Positions 1 to 7,906 of a stretch of DNA of 24,000 bases are shown here, piece after piece. The notes under the pieces were generated by a model, which was given only the letters and a program-made list of their open reading frames with translations, searched no databases and was not told the DNA's origin. The position numbers were made by a program, and so were the translations under genes. How positions within the stretch are numbered: the stretch's first letter is position 1; each line of letters starts with the position of its first letter. Origin of the DNA: Actinomycetota bacterium (GTDB lineage Bacteria > Actinomycetota > Actinomycetes > Propionibacteriales > Kribbellaceae); assembly GCA_046765875.1 (NCBI GenBank), contig JBKPSJ010000269.1, positions 1 to 24,000 on the forward strand, given 5' to 3'.

Positions 1-194
1 CCCCGCCAACTCCTTGACGCATGACACCAGACCTCTGCGTCGCATGAGGGCGACCAGGCATCCGAGTCCTGCCCGTTGACCGACTACGAGGTCTGCCCAG
101 GCCAGGGTCATTGCCGCGCGACGGCAACGGACTTACTCTGAGCGGAAGATCGGCTCGGGGGCACGGAGGGGTCCGTTCTCATCAGGGGGATGCC

Positions 195-1568
195 ATGCGA
201 CGGCGCCTTGCACTATTGATTGCTGCGCTCGCAGTGCCTGCGGGATCGCTGCTAGCGACCAGCGCGCCGGCGACGGCGGCCACGAACACGGTCGTGAGCC
301 TGACGTTCGACGACGGACAGGCCTCGCAGTCCTCGGTGTGGCCGATGCTGCAGTCGCGCGGGATGCGCGGCACGTTCTACATCAACTCAGCGATGGTCGG
401 CTCATCGTCGTACTACATGACGTGGCCACAGATCCACGACATCGGTGCCGCCGGCAATGAGATTGGCGGCCACACGCTCAACCACACCGACCTGACCACG
501 GTCGGGCTCAGCACGGCCCAGCATGAGGTGTGTGACGACCGTCAAGCGCTGCTCGGGCAGGGCTTCGCGCCGCTGCTGTCGTTCGCCTACCCGTACGCGG
601 CGTACAACGCGACCGCCGAACAGGTGGTTCAGAGCTGCGGTTATGCCAGCGGCCGCGGCGTCGGCGGCGTGGTCAGTGGCAACGTCTGTGGTGGATGCCC
701 GTACGCCGAGACGGTACCGCCACAGGACGCGTTCGCCCTCAGTACGCCGGAGTCCGCCGACAGCAGCACATCGCTGGCCCAGCTGCAGACATACGTCACC
801 CAAGCCGAGACTCATGGCGGTGGCTGGGTGATCCTCACCTTCCACGGCATCTGCTCAAACAGCTGCACAGGCACCAATTCGCTGAACCCGGCGATATTCA
901 CATCGTTCCTGGACTGGCTGCAGCCTCGGCAGGCGGACGGCACGGTCGTCCGTACGGTGGCTGAGGTGATGGGTGTCGGAAACCCACCACCGCCAGGCCC
1001 GCCGGTGACCAGCATCCGCTGTGACGGGTCGGCCTGCTCGTCAGGCTGGTACCGGACGAGCCCGGTCACGGTCAGCCTGACCGCGGTCGACGCGGACGGT
1101 TCCGCGATCGCGGGCACCCGGTACACCACCGACGGCAGCGATCCCGTGACGAGCCCGACCGCGACCGCGTACACGGGCCCGTTCCCGGTGAGCAGTACTA
1201 GGACCGTGCGGTACTACTCGACCGACGTGGACGGCCATGCCGAGACGCCCAAGACCCAGTCGATCCAGATCGACACCGCGGCACCGGCCGTCTCGCTGAC
1301 CAGCCCGGCCGGCGGCTCCTCATACAACAGGGGCGCCACGATCCCGCTCGCGGCGACGGCGACCGACACAGGTGGCAGTGGACTCGCGCAGGTGGTGTTC
1401 CGCGACGGGACGACCGTGCTGGCGACGATCGTGACACCGCCGTACCAGTACTCCTGGGTGACCAAGCGCAACGCGAAGACCAGCAGCCACACGCTCACCG
1501 CCGTCGCGACCGACGGTGCCGGCAACACCACCACCTCGACTCCGGTGGTCGTCACGATCAGCCGCTAG
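195..1568 (+). CDS. Secreted polysaccharide deacetylase (CE4/NodB domain) with C-terminal Ig-like / chitobiase-C-type domains
   Basis: ORF 111..1568. The likely start is ATG 195, preceded by AGGGGGA (184-190), which gives the signal peptide MRRRLALLIAALAVPAGSLLATSAPATA. NodB motifs are present: 'LTFDDG', 'HTLNH', 'FAYPY'. The C-terminal half has 'YTTDGSDP...Y..P' and 'ATDTGGSGL...T..ATDGAGN' repeats typical of CHB_HEX_C-like and Ig-like surface domains. Confidence 0.85.
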   Translation: MRRRLALLIAALAVPAGSLLATSAPATAATNTVVSLTFDDGQASQSSVWPMLQSRGMRGTFYINSAMVGSSSYYMTWPQIHDIGAAGNEIGGHTLNHTDLTTVGLSTAQHEVCDDRQALLGQGFAPLLSFAYPYAAYNATAEQVVQSCGYASGRGVGGVVSGNVCGGCPYAETVPPQDAFALSTPESADSSTSLAQLQTYVTQAETHGGGWVILTFHGICSNSCTGTNSLNPAIFTSFLDWLQPRQADGTVVRTVAEVMGVGNPPPPGPPVTSIRCDGSACSSGWYRTSPVTVSLTAVDADGSAIAGTRYTTDGSDPVTSPTATAYTGPFPVSSTRTVRYYSTDVDGHAETPKTQSIQIDTAAPAVSLTSPAGGSSYNRGATIPLAATATDTGGSGLAQVVFRDGTTVLATIVTPPYQYSWVTKRNAKTSSHTLTAVATDGAGNTTTSTPVVVTISR

Positions 1569-1627
1569 ATAACCGGCGACACCTGGCGCGCACAGGACCA
1601 CCGTCGAAGGCGTCACGGTTGATGGCA

Positions 1628-1659
1628 AGACCCAGGTCAGCGGGAGCTGACCTGGGTCT
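1628..1659. terminator. Perfect 14-bp hairpin downstream of the deacetylase gene; part of the duplicated tRNA-Gln 3' flank
   Basis: AGACCCAGGTCAGC-GGGA-GCTGACCTGGGTCT, located 60 nt after the stop at 1566-1568. There is no strong U-tract. It is a near-copy of the hairpin at 2917..2947. Confidence 0.45.
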
Positions 1660-1666
1660 CGTTGTG

Positions 1667-1707
1667 CCCCCCGCCTGGTTTCGATCCAGATTTTCGAGAT
1701 TCAAAGT
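1667..1707 (-). repeat. Partial (3'-half) tRNA-Gln copy, non-functional; direct repeat of 2957..2998
   Basis: The minus strand reads ACTTTGAATCTCGAAAATCTGGATCGAAACCAGGCGGGGGG, which matches the intact tRNA from the anticodon loop to the acceptor 3' strand with 1 substitution and a 1-nt indel. The 5' strand of the anticodon stem is missing (AGCAA instead of CGAGA), and there is no D-arm or 5' acceptor strand. Confidence 0.8.
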
Positions 1708-1899
1708 TGCTGATCACCCGTCTATCGGCGTCGATCCCGCCCGCCGCCCGAGATTGGTGCGGCGGTCTCGATTGACCCCAGCACTGGGTGCTTCCCAGAT
1801 TGTTTGCCGTGGCCGAGGCGCCGGGGGAAATGAAGCCCCGTTGGCCGCAGTTGACCAATCGCTGACCGACTCCGTCATCCCTGGGAAGAAGGCGGGCCC

Positions 1900-2901
1900 G
1901 TGCTGTCCTCCCCAACGACTATGCGCGCCGTCCGTCTCTCCGTCCCCGGCCCTGTGGGCAACCTAAGGCTGGTCACGCTTCCGCTGCCGCCTGAGCGAGA
2001 CGGCTGGGTGCGTATTCGCGTCGAGGCGTTCGGGCTCAACCGCTCGGAGCTGAAGCTTCGGCTGGGTCTGAGCGTGGGTGTCAGCTTTCCGCGGGTGCCG
2101 GGTATTGAGGCTGCGGGCACGGTCGACGCGGCCCCGGTCGGGAGTGGGCTTGCTCCCGGGCAGAAGGTCGTCGCGATGATGGGAGACATGGGGCGCACCT
2201 ACGACGGCGGGTATGCCGAGTACACGTCGGTGCCGCTGTCGCAGGTCATCCCCGTCGACACCGAACTGCCCTGGGAGGTGTTGGGTGCGCTGCCGGAGAT
2301 GGTGCAGACCGCGTATGGCTCGCTCACCGTCGGCCTGGACCTCAAGCCCGGTCAGTCCGTTCTGATCCGCGGCGGCACCTCCTCGGTGGGCCTGGCCGCG
2401 GCCGCGCTGGCCACCTGGTGCGGCGCCACGGTGCTGTCCACCACCCGGCGGGCCGATCGCCTGGCTTGGCTGAAGGAGAAGGGCGTCGATCACCCCCTGC
2501 TCGACACCGGTGAGGTCGCGCCCGCCGTGCGAGAGGTGTACCCGGACGGGGTCGACGCCGCCCTTGATCTCGTCGGTACGTCGACGCTGCCCGATACTCT
2601 CCGCGCGGTGCGCGTGCACGGCACGGCCTGTTTCGGCGGCAGCCTCTCGAATCAGTGGACGGTGCCGGACTTCTCCCCGAACGAGTACCTGCCGAGGGGT
2701 GTGCGCCTGGCGGGTTACTTCGGCGACGCCGCCGACCTACCTCCGGACACCTTCCAGAAGATCCTCGACGCGGTCGCGGCCGGCCGGCTGTCTTTCCACG
2801 TGGACCACGTGTACGACGGCCTGCAGCAGGTGCCGCAGGCCCACGACGACATGGAGCACAACCGCGCAACCGGCAAACTCGTCGTCCGCGTCCGGCACTA
2901 A
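1900..2901 (+). CDS. MDR-superfamily NAD(P)H quinone oxidoreductase / zinc-type alcohol dehydrogenase-like protein
   Basis: ORF 1900..2901 with a GTG start. An alternative start is ATG 1921, giving 'MRAVRL...'. GroES-like N-terminal domain ('[14 protein letters not shown]', 'PGIEAAGTV'), Rossmann motif '[18 protein letters not shown]', C-terminal 'ATGKLVV'. Confidence 0.85.
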   Translation: MLSSPTTMRAVRLSVPGPVGNLRLVTLPLPPERDGWVRIRVEAFGLNRSELKLRLGLSVGVSFPRVPGIEAAGTVDAAPVGSGLAPGQKVVAMMGDMGRTYDGGYAEYTSVPLSQVIPVDTELPWEVLGALPEMVQTAYGSLTVGLDLKPGQSVLIRGGTSSVGLAAAALATWCGATVLSTTRRADRLAWLKEKGVDHPLLDTGEVAPAVREVYPDGVDAALDLVGTSTLPDTLRAVRVHGTACFGGSLSNQWTVPDFSPNEYLPRGVRLAGYFGDAADLPPDTFQKILDAVAAGRLSFHVDHVYDGLQQVPQAHDDMEHNRATGKLVVRVRH

Positions 2902-2916
2902 CGCCGTGGACGAGAG

Positions 2917-2947
2917 ACCCCAGGTCAGTAGCTCGCTGACCTGGGGT
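2917..2947. terminator. 12-bp hairpin between the oxidoreductase stop and the tRNA-Gln 3' end (possible bidirectional terminator)
   Basis: ACCCCAGGTCAG-TAGCTCG-CTGACCTGGGGT followed by TTTC on the + strand. It lies 16 nt after the stop at 2899-2901 and 10 nt from the tRNA 3' end. Confidence 0.5.
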
Positions 2948-2956
2948 TTCGTGGTG

Positions 2957-3028
2957 CTCCCCCGCCTGGTTTCGATCCAGATCTTCGAGATTCAAAGTCT
3001 CGCGGGCTGCCAATTACCCCACGGGGGA
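2957..3028 (-). tRNA. tRNA-Gln (anticodon UUG), CCA not encoded
   Basis: Hand-folded 72-nt cloverleaf.
- Acceptor stem TCCCCCG/CGGGGGA with U1-A72 and discriminator G73, both bacterial tRNA-Gln hallmarks.
- D-arm GGGT-AATTGGCA-GCCC.
- Anticodon stem CGAGA/TCTCG with loop CTTTGAA.
- Variable loop AAGA.
- T-arm TCTGG-ATCGAAA-CCAGG. Confidence 0.85.
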
Positions 3029-3095
3029 TCGTTCGGCCGCCACCGCTCGTGAAGCCACGGCGACCGTCCGATGAAGTCTGCCACGAGTTGCGTAT

Positions 3096-3152
3096 TTGAC
3101 ACGCCCAGGGGTTGCGTAACCTACGAAGCCGTAGGTTACGGTGGCGTAGGTA
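3096..3152. promoter_or_regulatory. Putative desaturase promoter (-35 TTGACA) overlapped by a palindromic operator, probably for the downstream TetR
   Basis: TTGACA at 3096-3101. A perfect 11-bp inverted repeat CGTAACCTACG-AAGC-CGTAGGTTACG spans 3115-3140. An extra half-site CGTAGGTA lies at 3145-3152, and GTTGCGTA is repeated at 3087 and 3111. TAnnnT-type -10 candidates lie inside the palindrome. Confidence 0.5.
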
Positions 3153-3262
3153 AGGTCAACCACACACGGTCAACCAGCATGCCGGTCGGAGACGGCCGGC
3201 AATGACGCCCCGGGCCGACACATACCGAGCCAGACATTCCGCCAACCGAGGGATCGAGCGCC

Positions 3263-4249
3263 ATGACCCCACCGACCGCCACGTTGCCAGAAGCACCGCC
3301 GGACCCCCACATCACTCAGAACGAGATCACAGACCCGAGCGGCACCTTGGGGGGTGAGCGCAAGAAGGCCTGGGAACAAGTCGCGCTGGCGCTGTTCATC
3401 GCCATACCTTTCCTGGCGGTGGTCGCGGCGGTACCGGTCGCGTGGGGCGGGTTCCTGGGCTGGCGTGACGTGCTGCTGGCGGTGATCTTCTACACCGTCG
3501 CCGGGCACGGGATCTCGATCGGCTTCCACCGGTACTTCACGCACAAGTCGTTCAAGCCGAACCGCGCGGTCAAGGTCGCACTCGCGGTCGCCGGGTCGCT
3601 GGCGATCGAGGGCCCGGTGATCCGCTGGGTGGCCGACCACCGCAAGCACCACAAGTTCTCCGATCGCGAGGGCGACCCGCACAGTCCGTGGCGGTACGGT
3701 AACTCGCTGGGGGCACTGACCAAGGGCTTCATGTACGCACACATCGGCTGGCTGTTCGACCCCGAGCAGACCCCGCAGCGGCAGTACGCTCCGGACCTGC
3801 TGAAGGACCAGGACCTCGTCAAGGTGTCGCGGCTGTTCCTGTACCTGGTTGTGGTCTCGCTGCTCGCACCCGCGGTCATCGGCGGGTTGTGGTCCTGGTC
3901 GATCACCGGCGCGCTCACCGCGTTCTTCTGGGCCTCGCTGGTACGGATCGCACTGCTGCACCACGTCACCTGGTCGATCAACTCGATCTGTCACACGATC
4001 GGTGCCCGGCCGTTCAAGAGCCGGGACAAGTCCGGCAACGTCTGGTGGCTGGCGATCCTCAGCCAGGGCGAGTCCTGGCACAACCTGCACCACTCCGACC
4101 CGACCTGCGCCCGGCACGGCGTGCTGAAGGGCCAGATCGACACCTCGGCCCGGATCATCCGCTGGATGGAGAAGGCCGGCTGGGTCACCGACGTACGGTG
4201 GCCGGTCACCGAACGGCTCGAGGCGCGCCGGGTGACCGCTGGGTCGTGA
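3263..4249 (+). CDS. Membrane acyl-CoA/acyl-lipid fatty-acid desaturase (stearoyl-CoA Delta9-desaturase family)
   Basis: Three histidine boxes are present: 'HRYFTHKSF', 'HRKHHKFSD', 'HNLHHSD'. Hydrophobic segments flank them. Confidence 0.9.
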   Translation: MTPPTATLPEAPPDPHITQNEITDPSGTLGGERKKAWEQVALALFIAIPFLAVVAAVPVAWGGFLGWRDVLLAVIFYTVAGHGISIGFHRYFTHKSFKPNRAVKVALAVAGSLAIEGPVIRWVADHRKHHKFSDREGDPHSPWRYGNSLGALTKGFMYAHIGWLFDPEQTPQRQYAPDLLKDQDLVKVSRLFLYLVVVSLLAPAVIGGLWSWSITGALTAFFWASLVRIALLHHVTWSINSICHTIGARPFKSRDKSGNVWWLAILSQGESWHNLHHSDPTCARHGVLKGQIDTSARIIRWMEKAGWVTDVRWPVTERLEARRVTAGS

Positions 4250-4261
4250 TGTGATGGCCGG

Positions 4262-4903
4262 ATGACCGAACCGAAGCAGCGCCGCTCGGGGCGGGTCCGG
4301 ATGACCAGCGCGGAGCGGCGAGAGCAACTGATCGCCATCTCGCGCGGCCTGTTCGCCCAAAAGGGCTACGAGGGGACCTCGGTCGAGGAGATCGCCGCCC
4401 GCGCAGAGGTCTCCAAGCCCGTCGTGTACGAACACTTCGGCGGTAAGGAGGGCCTGTACGCCGTGGTGGTGGACCGGGAGGTCCGCAGCCTGCTCGACAC
4501 GGTGACCACGGCGCTGACCGCCGGGCGTACGCACCAACTGGTCGAACAGGCGGCCCTGGCGCTGCTCGACTACATCGAGAGCTCGTCGGACGGGTTCCGG
4601 ATCCTGGTACGCGACTCGCCGGTCGGATCGTCCACCGGGTCGTTCATCTCGATCCTCAGCGACGTCGCCACCCGGGTCGAGCACATCCTCGCCGAGGAGT
4701 TCAAGCGGCGCGGGCTGGACCCGAAGAACGCGCCGATGTACGCCCAGATGCTGGTCGGCATGGTGGCTCTGACCGGCCAGTGGTGGCTCGACGTCCGCAA
4801 GCCACGCAAGCAGGACGTGGCCGCACACCTGGTGAACCTTGCCTGGAACGGACTGTCCCGGCTGGAGGCCAAGCCGACACTGTCCACGAGGCCGCACAAG
4901 TAA
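4262..4903 (+). CDS. TetR/AcrR-family transcriptional regulator
   Basis: N-terminal HTH 'ERREQLIAISRGLFAQKGYEGTSVEEIAARAEVSKPVVYEHFGGKEGLY'. The start is 12 nt after the desaturase stop, so co-transcription is likely. Confidence 0.9.
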   Translation: MTEPKQRRSGRVRMTSAERREQLIAISRGLFAQKGYEGTSVEEIAARAEVSKPVVYEHFGGKEGLYAVVVDREVRSLLDTVTTALTAGRTHQLVEQAALALLDYIESSSDGFRILVRDSPVGSSTGSFISILSDVATRVEHILAEEFKRRGLDPKNAPMYAQMLVGMVALTGQWWLDVRKPRKQDVAAHLVNLAWNGLSRLEAKPTLSTRPHK

Positions 4904-4913
4904 CCTGCTACTC

Positions 4914-6200
4914 ATGGCGGGGTTGCCGGCGACCGGCTGGGCGCGAACACGAGCGCTCGGCTTCGACGTGCTGCTGGCGGGGACCCTGACTCTGGTGCTC
5001 GGCCTCGGCTCGATCAGCACGATGGAGCCCGCCAGTCGCTACATGCTGGCCGCGGCCGGAGCGCTGGCCTGTGGCCAACTCGTCCCGCTGCTGTGGCGAC
5101 GGGTCAATCCGACCGCGGTGTTCGCGATCTGCTCAGCGGCGGCGGTGGTCCAGTGGGCGATCGGCATCCGGCTGCTCCCGGCCAACTTCGGTCTGCTGTT
5201 CGCCCTGTACGCCGTGGCGCTGTACGGCCCGTTGTGGGCGAATCGGGCCGGGCTGGCCGTCGGGCTGATCGGCGTACCGATGGCGCTCGGCCGCTACTAC
5301 CAGGACGCGCCGATCCGCAACCTGCTCACGGTCGGCGCGGCGATGACCGCGGTGGTGTTCGGGGTCTGGGCGCTGGCCGAGCGGCGGCGTACCAACGCTC
5401 TGTACGTCGCACAACTCGAGGAGCGCGCCGCACAACTCGAACGCGACCGGGACCGGGAGGCCAAGCTCGCGGTGTCGGCGGAGCGGACCCGGATCGCCCG
5501 CGAGATCCATGACGTCGTCGCGCACGGGTTGTCGATCATGATCGTCCAGGCCGACGGCGGTCTTTACGCGGCCGACGCCCGCCCGGACCAGGCCAAGAAG
5601 GCGCTCGGGACGATCGGCGACATCGGCCGCGGCGCGCTGACCGAGATGCGCCAGCTGCTCGGTCTCCTCAAACAGGACGAGGCGCCGGGCCACGACGACC
5701 ATCAGCCGCGGCCACAGCCGGGCGTCTCACAGATCCCCGAGCTCGTCGAGAACGTGCGCGACGCCGGGCTGTCGGTCCAGTTGTCGGTGATCGGGACGCC
5801 GCGGGAGTTACCCGCCCTGGTCGGACTGACGGCGTACCGGATCGTGCAGGAGGGGCTGACCAACGCGCTCAAGCATGCCGGCCCGGGTGCGACGGCGAAC
5901 GTCGATCTCGCCTACGGCAACGACGAACTGACCGTCACCGTCGGCGACGACGGCCGGGGAGCGGCGGGCGGCGACGGCGCGGGACAAGGCCTGGTCGGAA
6001 TGCGTCAGCGCGTATCGATCTCGGGCGGTACGGTCAGCGCGGGTCCGCGGCCCGGCGGTGGGTACGTCGTCACCGCCCGTCTCCCCTACGAACCAGCCAC
6101 CGCGACCATTCAGCCCAAGGAATCACAGCCCGATCAGCCGACCGACCAGCCCACCGAACAGCCGAGCAGTGCTGCGGTACCGACGACCGGAGCGAGGTAG
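4914..6200 (+). CDS. Sensor histidine kinase, HisKA_3 (DesK/LiaS/NarX-like) family, multi-TM N-terminus
   Basis: ORF 4839..6200. I moved the start to ATG 4914, the first ATG after the TetR stop. There are 4-5 hydrophobic segments. H-box 'ERTRIAREIHDVVAHGLS'. HATPase_c motifs 'EGLTNALKHAG' and 'DDGRG...GQGLVGMRQR'. A Pro/Gln-rich tail 'QPDQPTDQPTEQP' closes the protein. Confidence 0.85.
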   Translation: MAGLPATGWARTRALGFDVLLAGTLTLVLGLGSISTMEPASRYMLAAAGALACGQLVPLLWRRVNPTAVFAICSAAAVVQWAIGIRLLPANFGLLFALYAVALYGPLWANRAGLAVGLIGVPMALGRYYQDAPIRNLLTVGAAMTAVVFGVWALAERRRTNALYVAQLEERAAQLERDRDREAKLAVSAERTRIAREIHDVVAHGLSIMIVQADGGLYAADARPDQAKKALGTIGDIGRGALTEMRQLLGLLKQDEAPGHDDHQPRPQPGVSQIPELVENVRDAGLSVQLSVIGTPRELPALVGLTAYRIVQEGLTNALKHAGPGATANVDLAYGNDELTVTVGDDGRGAAGGDGAGQGLVGMRQRVSISGGTVSAGPRPGGGYVVTARLPYEPATATIQPKESQPDQPTDQPTEQPSSAAVPTTGAR

Positions 6201-6875
6201 ATGACCGACGCGGGCGACCAGATCCGGGTGTTCCTGGTCGACGACCAGGAACTGGTGCGGGCCGGGTTCACCATGCTGGTCGACTCACAGCCGGACATGC
6301 GCGTGGTCGGGCAGGCCGGCGACGGCGGCGAGGCCTTGGACCGGCTCGCTGTGACCCGGTCCGACGTGGTGCTGATGGACGTACGGATGCCACGGCTGGA
6401 CGGCGTACAGGCGACCCGCAGACTTCAACAGTTGCCAGAACCGCCGAAGGTGATCGTGCTGACCACGTTCGACCTGGACGAGTACGCGTTCAGCGCGATC
6501 AAGGCCGGCGCGGCCGGCTTCCTGCTCAAGAACACACCGCCGGCCGATCTGCTGTCGGCGATCCGGCAGGTGTACCACGGCGACGCTGTGGTCTCCCCCA
6601 GCACGACCCGCCGGCTGCTCGAGCACTTCGCCGGCCAGCTGCCCGATCCGTCGGACAAGCAGCCGGACCTGGACCATCTCACCGCCCGCGAGCGCGAGGT
6701 GCTGCTCGAGGTGGCGCGAGGCCGGACCAACACCGAGATCGCCCAGCTGTTCTCGTTGTCCGAGGCAACGGTCAAGACGCACATCGGCCGGATCCTGGCC
6801 AAGACCGGGCTGCGTGACCGGGTCGCTCTGGTCGTCCTCGGGTACGAGACCGGCCTGGTCAAACCACATCGCTGA
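6201..6875 (+). CDS. NarL/LuxR-family response regulator
   Basis: ATG 6201 abuts the kinase stop TAG 6198-6200. Receiver domain 'VFLVDDQELVR...DVVLMDVRMPRLDG'. LuxR HTH 'LTAREREVLLEVARGRTNTEIAQLFSLSEATVKTHIGRIL'. Confidence 0.9.
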   Translation: MTDAGDQIRVFLVDDQELVRAGFTMLVDSQPDMRVVGQAGDGGEALDRLAVTRSDVVLMDVRMPRLDGVQATRRLQQLPEPPKVIVLTTFDLDEYAFSAIKAGAAGFLLKNTPPADLLSAIRQVYHGDAVVSPSTTRRLLEHFAGQLPDPSDKQPDLDHLTAREREVLLEVARGRTNTEIAQLFSLSEATVKTHIGRILAKTGLRDRVALVVLGYETGLVKPHR

Positions 6876-6985
6876 GGCCCGGCGTACGTACGACCGTGGT
6901 CTGAGGCGCGGTCCCGACCGCGGTACGACGGAACGCGCCCGGCCCGTCACTACCTTCGAGGCGGACACCGACCCGAAGGAGAACG

Positions 6986-7752
6986 ATGACCCTGCCCGCG
7001 ACCGGGCCCGCCCCGGCATCGACGCTCGAGCGGCCGCCCTCCAGGCCCGCGATCTGACCAAGGTGTACGGCTCCGGTGCGGCCGCGTTGACCGCTCTCGA
7101 CGGCGTCACGGTCGGGTTCGACGCCGGCGCCTTCACCGCGATCATGGGCCCGTCCGGCTCGGGCAAATCAACCCTGATGCATTGCCTGGCCGGGCTGGAC
7201 ACGCCGACCGGCGGGCAGGTGTTCCTCGGCGAGACCGACCTGACCCGGCTGCCGGACGCCGCGCTGACCCGGGTACGCCGGGACCGGATCGGCTTCGTCT
7301 TCCAATCGTTCAACCTGCTGCCGACGCTGACCGCGAAGGACAACCTGATGCTGCCGCTGGAACTCGGCGGCCGACGGGTCGACGCCGGCTGGCTGGACAC
7401 CGTCGTCGGCGTGCTCGGGATCGGCGACCGGCTGTCCCACCGCCCGGCCGAGTTGTCCGGCGGCCAGCAGCAGCGGGTAGCGGTGGCGCGGGCGCTGATC
7501 GGACGGCCGGACGTGGTGTTCGCCGACGAGCCGACCGGCAACCTCGACTCGCGGTCCGGCGCGGAGGTGCTGGGCTTCCTGCGCCGCTCGGTGCGCGAGT
7601 TCGGCCAGACCGTGGTGACGGTGACTCACGACCCGATCGCAGCGTCGTACGCCGACCGGGTGGTGCTGCTGGCCGACGGCCGGCTCGCGGGCGAACTGGA
7701 CCGGCCGACACCTCAGTCGGTGCTGGACGCGCTGAGCAGGCTGGGAAGCTGA
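6986..7752 (+). CDS. ABC transporter ATP-binding protein (MacB/LolD-like); 5' end apparently frameshifted
   Basis: Walker A 'GPSGSGKST', signature 'LSGGQQQRVAVARAL', Walker B 'VVFADEPTGNLD', H-loop 'VTVTHD'. The domain frame (ORF 6814..7752) has no ATG/GTG/TTG between the regulator stop (6875) and 'LQARDLTKVYG' (about 7039). The only SD plus start (GAAGGAG 6975-6981, ATG 6986) is in another frame and closes at TGA 7055-7057. Confidence 0.75.
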
Positions 7753-7753
7753 G

Positions 7754-7906
7754 GTGCGCCGTTCGCTGCTGTCCTCGCTGCGCGCGCATCTCGGCCAGCT
7801 CGTCACGGTCGCCCTGGTCGCCGCAGCGGCGGGCCTGCTGGCCTCGATCCTGCCGGCTCGTCGAGCGGCGCGGGTGGCCCCGGCGGCAGCCCTCGCCGAC
7901 GAGTAG
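7754..7906 (+). pseudogene. Remnant of an FtsX-family ABC permease: 50-codon fusion of the N-terminus and extreme C-terminus
   Basis: GTG 7754 lies 1 nt after the ATPase stop. The translation is VRRSLLSSLRAHLGQLVTVALVAAAAGLLASILPARRAARVAPAAALADE*. The N-terminal part resembles the start and first transmembrane (TM) segment of FtsX/MacB-type permeases. 'LPARRAARVAPAAAL' resembles their conserved C-terminal tail. The permease body (normally hundreds of aa) is absent. Confidence 0.6.

Noticed and set aside
1619-1966. ORFs 1619..1966(+) and 1637..1915(-) between the deacetylase and oxidoreductase genes.
   Set aside because: They span the partial tRNA copy and the hairpin. They have no coding signature or motifs, and the region is better explained as the repeat plus the oxidoreductase promoter region.
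1708-2956. Integrase, excisionase or transposase genes associated with the tRNA-Gln repeats, or anywhere else in the window.
   Set aside because: No ORF in any frame shows tyrosine- or serine-recombinase or DDE motifs, and I found no terminal inverted repeats of IS type. The tRNA-bracketed segment is therefore called only a scar or remnant, not an active mobile element.
4839-4913. The ORF-track start at 4839 for the histidine kinase.
   Set aside because: It would overlap the TetR gene by 65 nt and add a Cys/Arg/Pro-rich peptide. ATG 4914, just after the TetR stop, gives a typical kinase N-terminus.
3170-5020. Long ORFs antisense to, or out of frame with, well-supported genes. Examples are 3170..5020(-), 6285..7541(-), 9164..10873(+), 11497..12807(+), 14572..15906(+), 19455..20465(-), 20730..21959(+) and 22185..23909(-).
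   Set aside because: These are typical high-GC artefacts. The translations are Arg/Pro/Gly/Ala-rich with no recognisable motifs, and each is fully overlapped by a gene on the other strand or frame that has clear family signatures.
6090-6200. Pro/Gln-rich tail 'QPKESQPDQPTDQPTEQPSS' at the kinase C-terminus, as a possible functional repeat.
   Set aside because: It is a short low-complexity tail of a kind common at the ends of actinobacterial proteins. There is no periodic nucleotide repeat beyond about 3 units.
6814-6985. The ORF-track start at ATG 6814 for the ABC ATPase.
   Set aside because: It lies 62 nt inside the response-regulator gene and would add about 70 Arg/Asp/Pro-rich residues with no SD. 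A frameshifted start at SD plus ATG 6986 explains the sequence better, but this needs resequencing to confirm.
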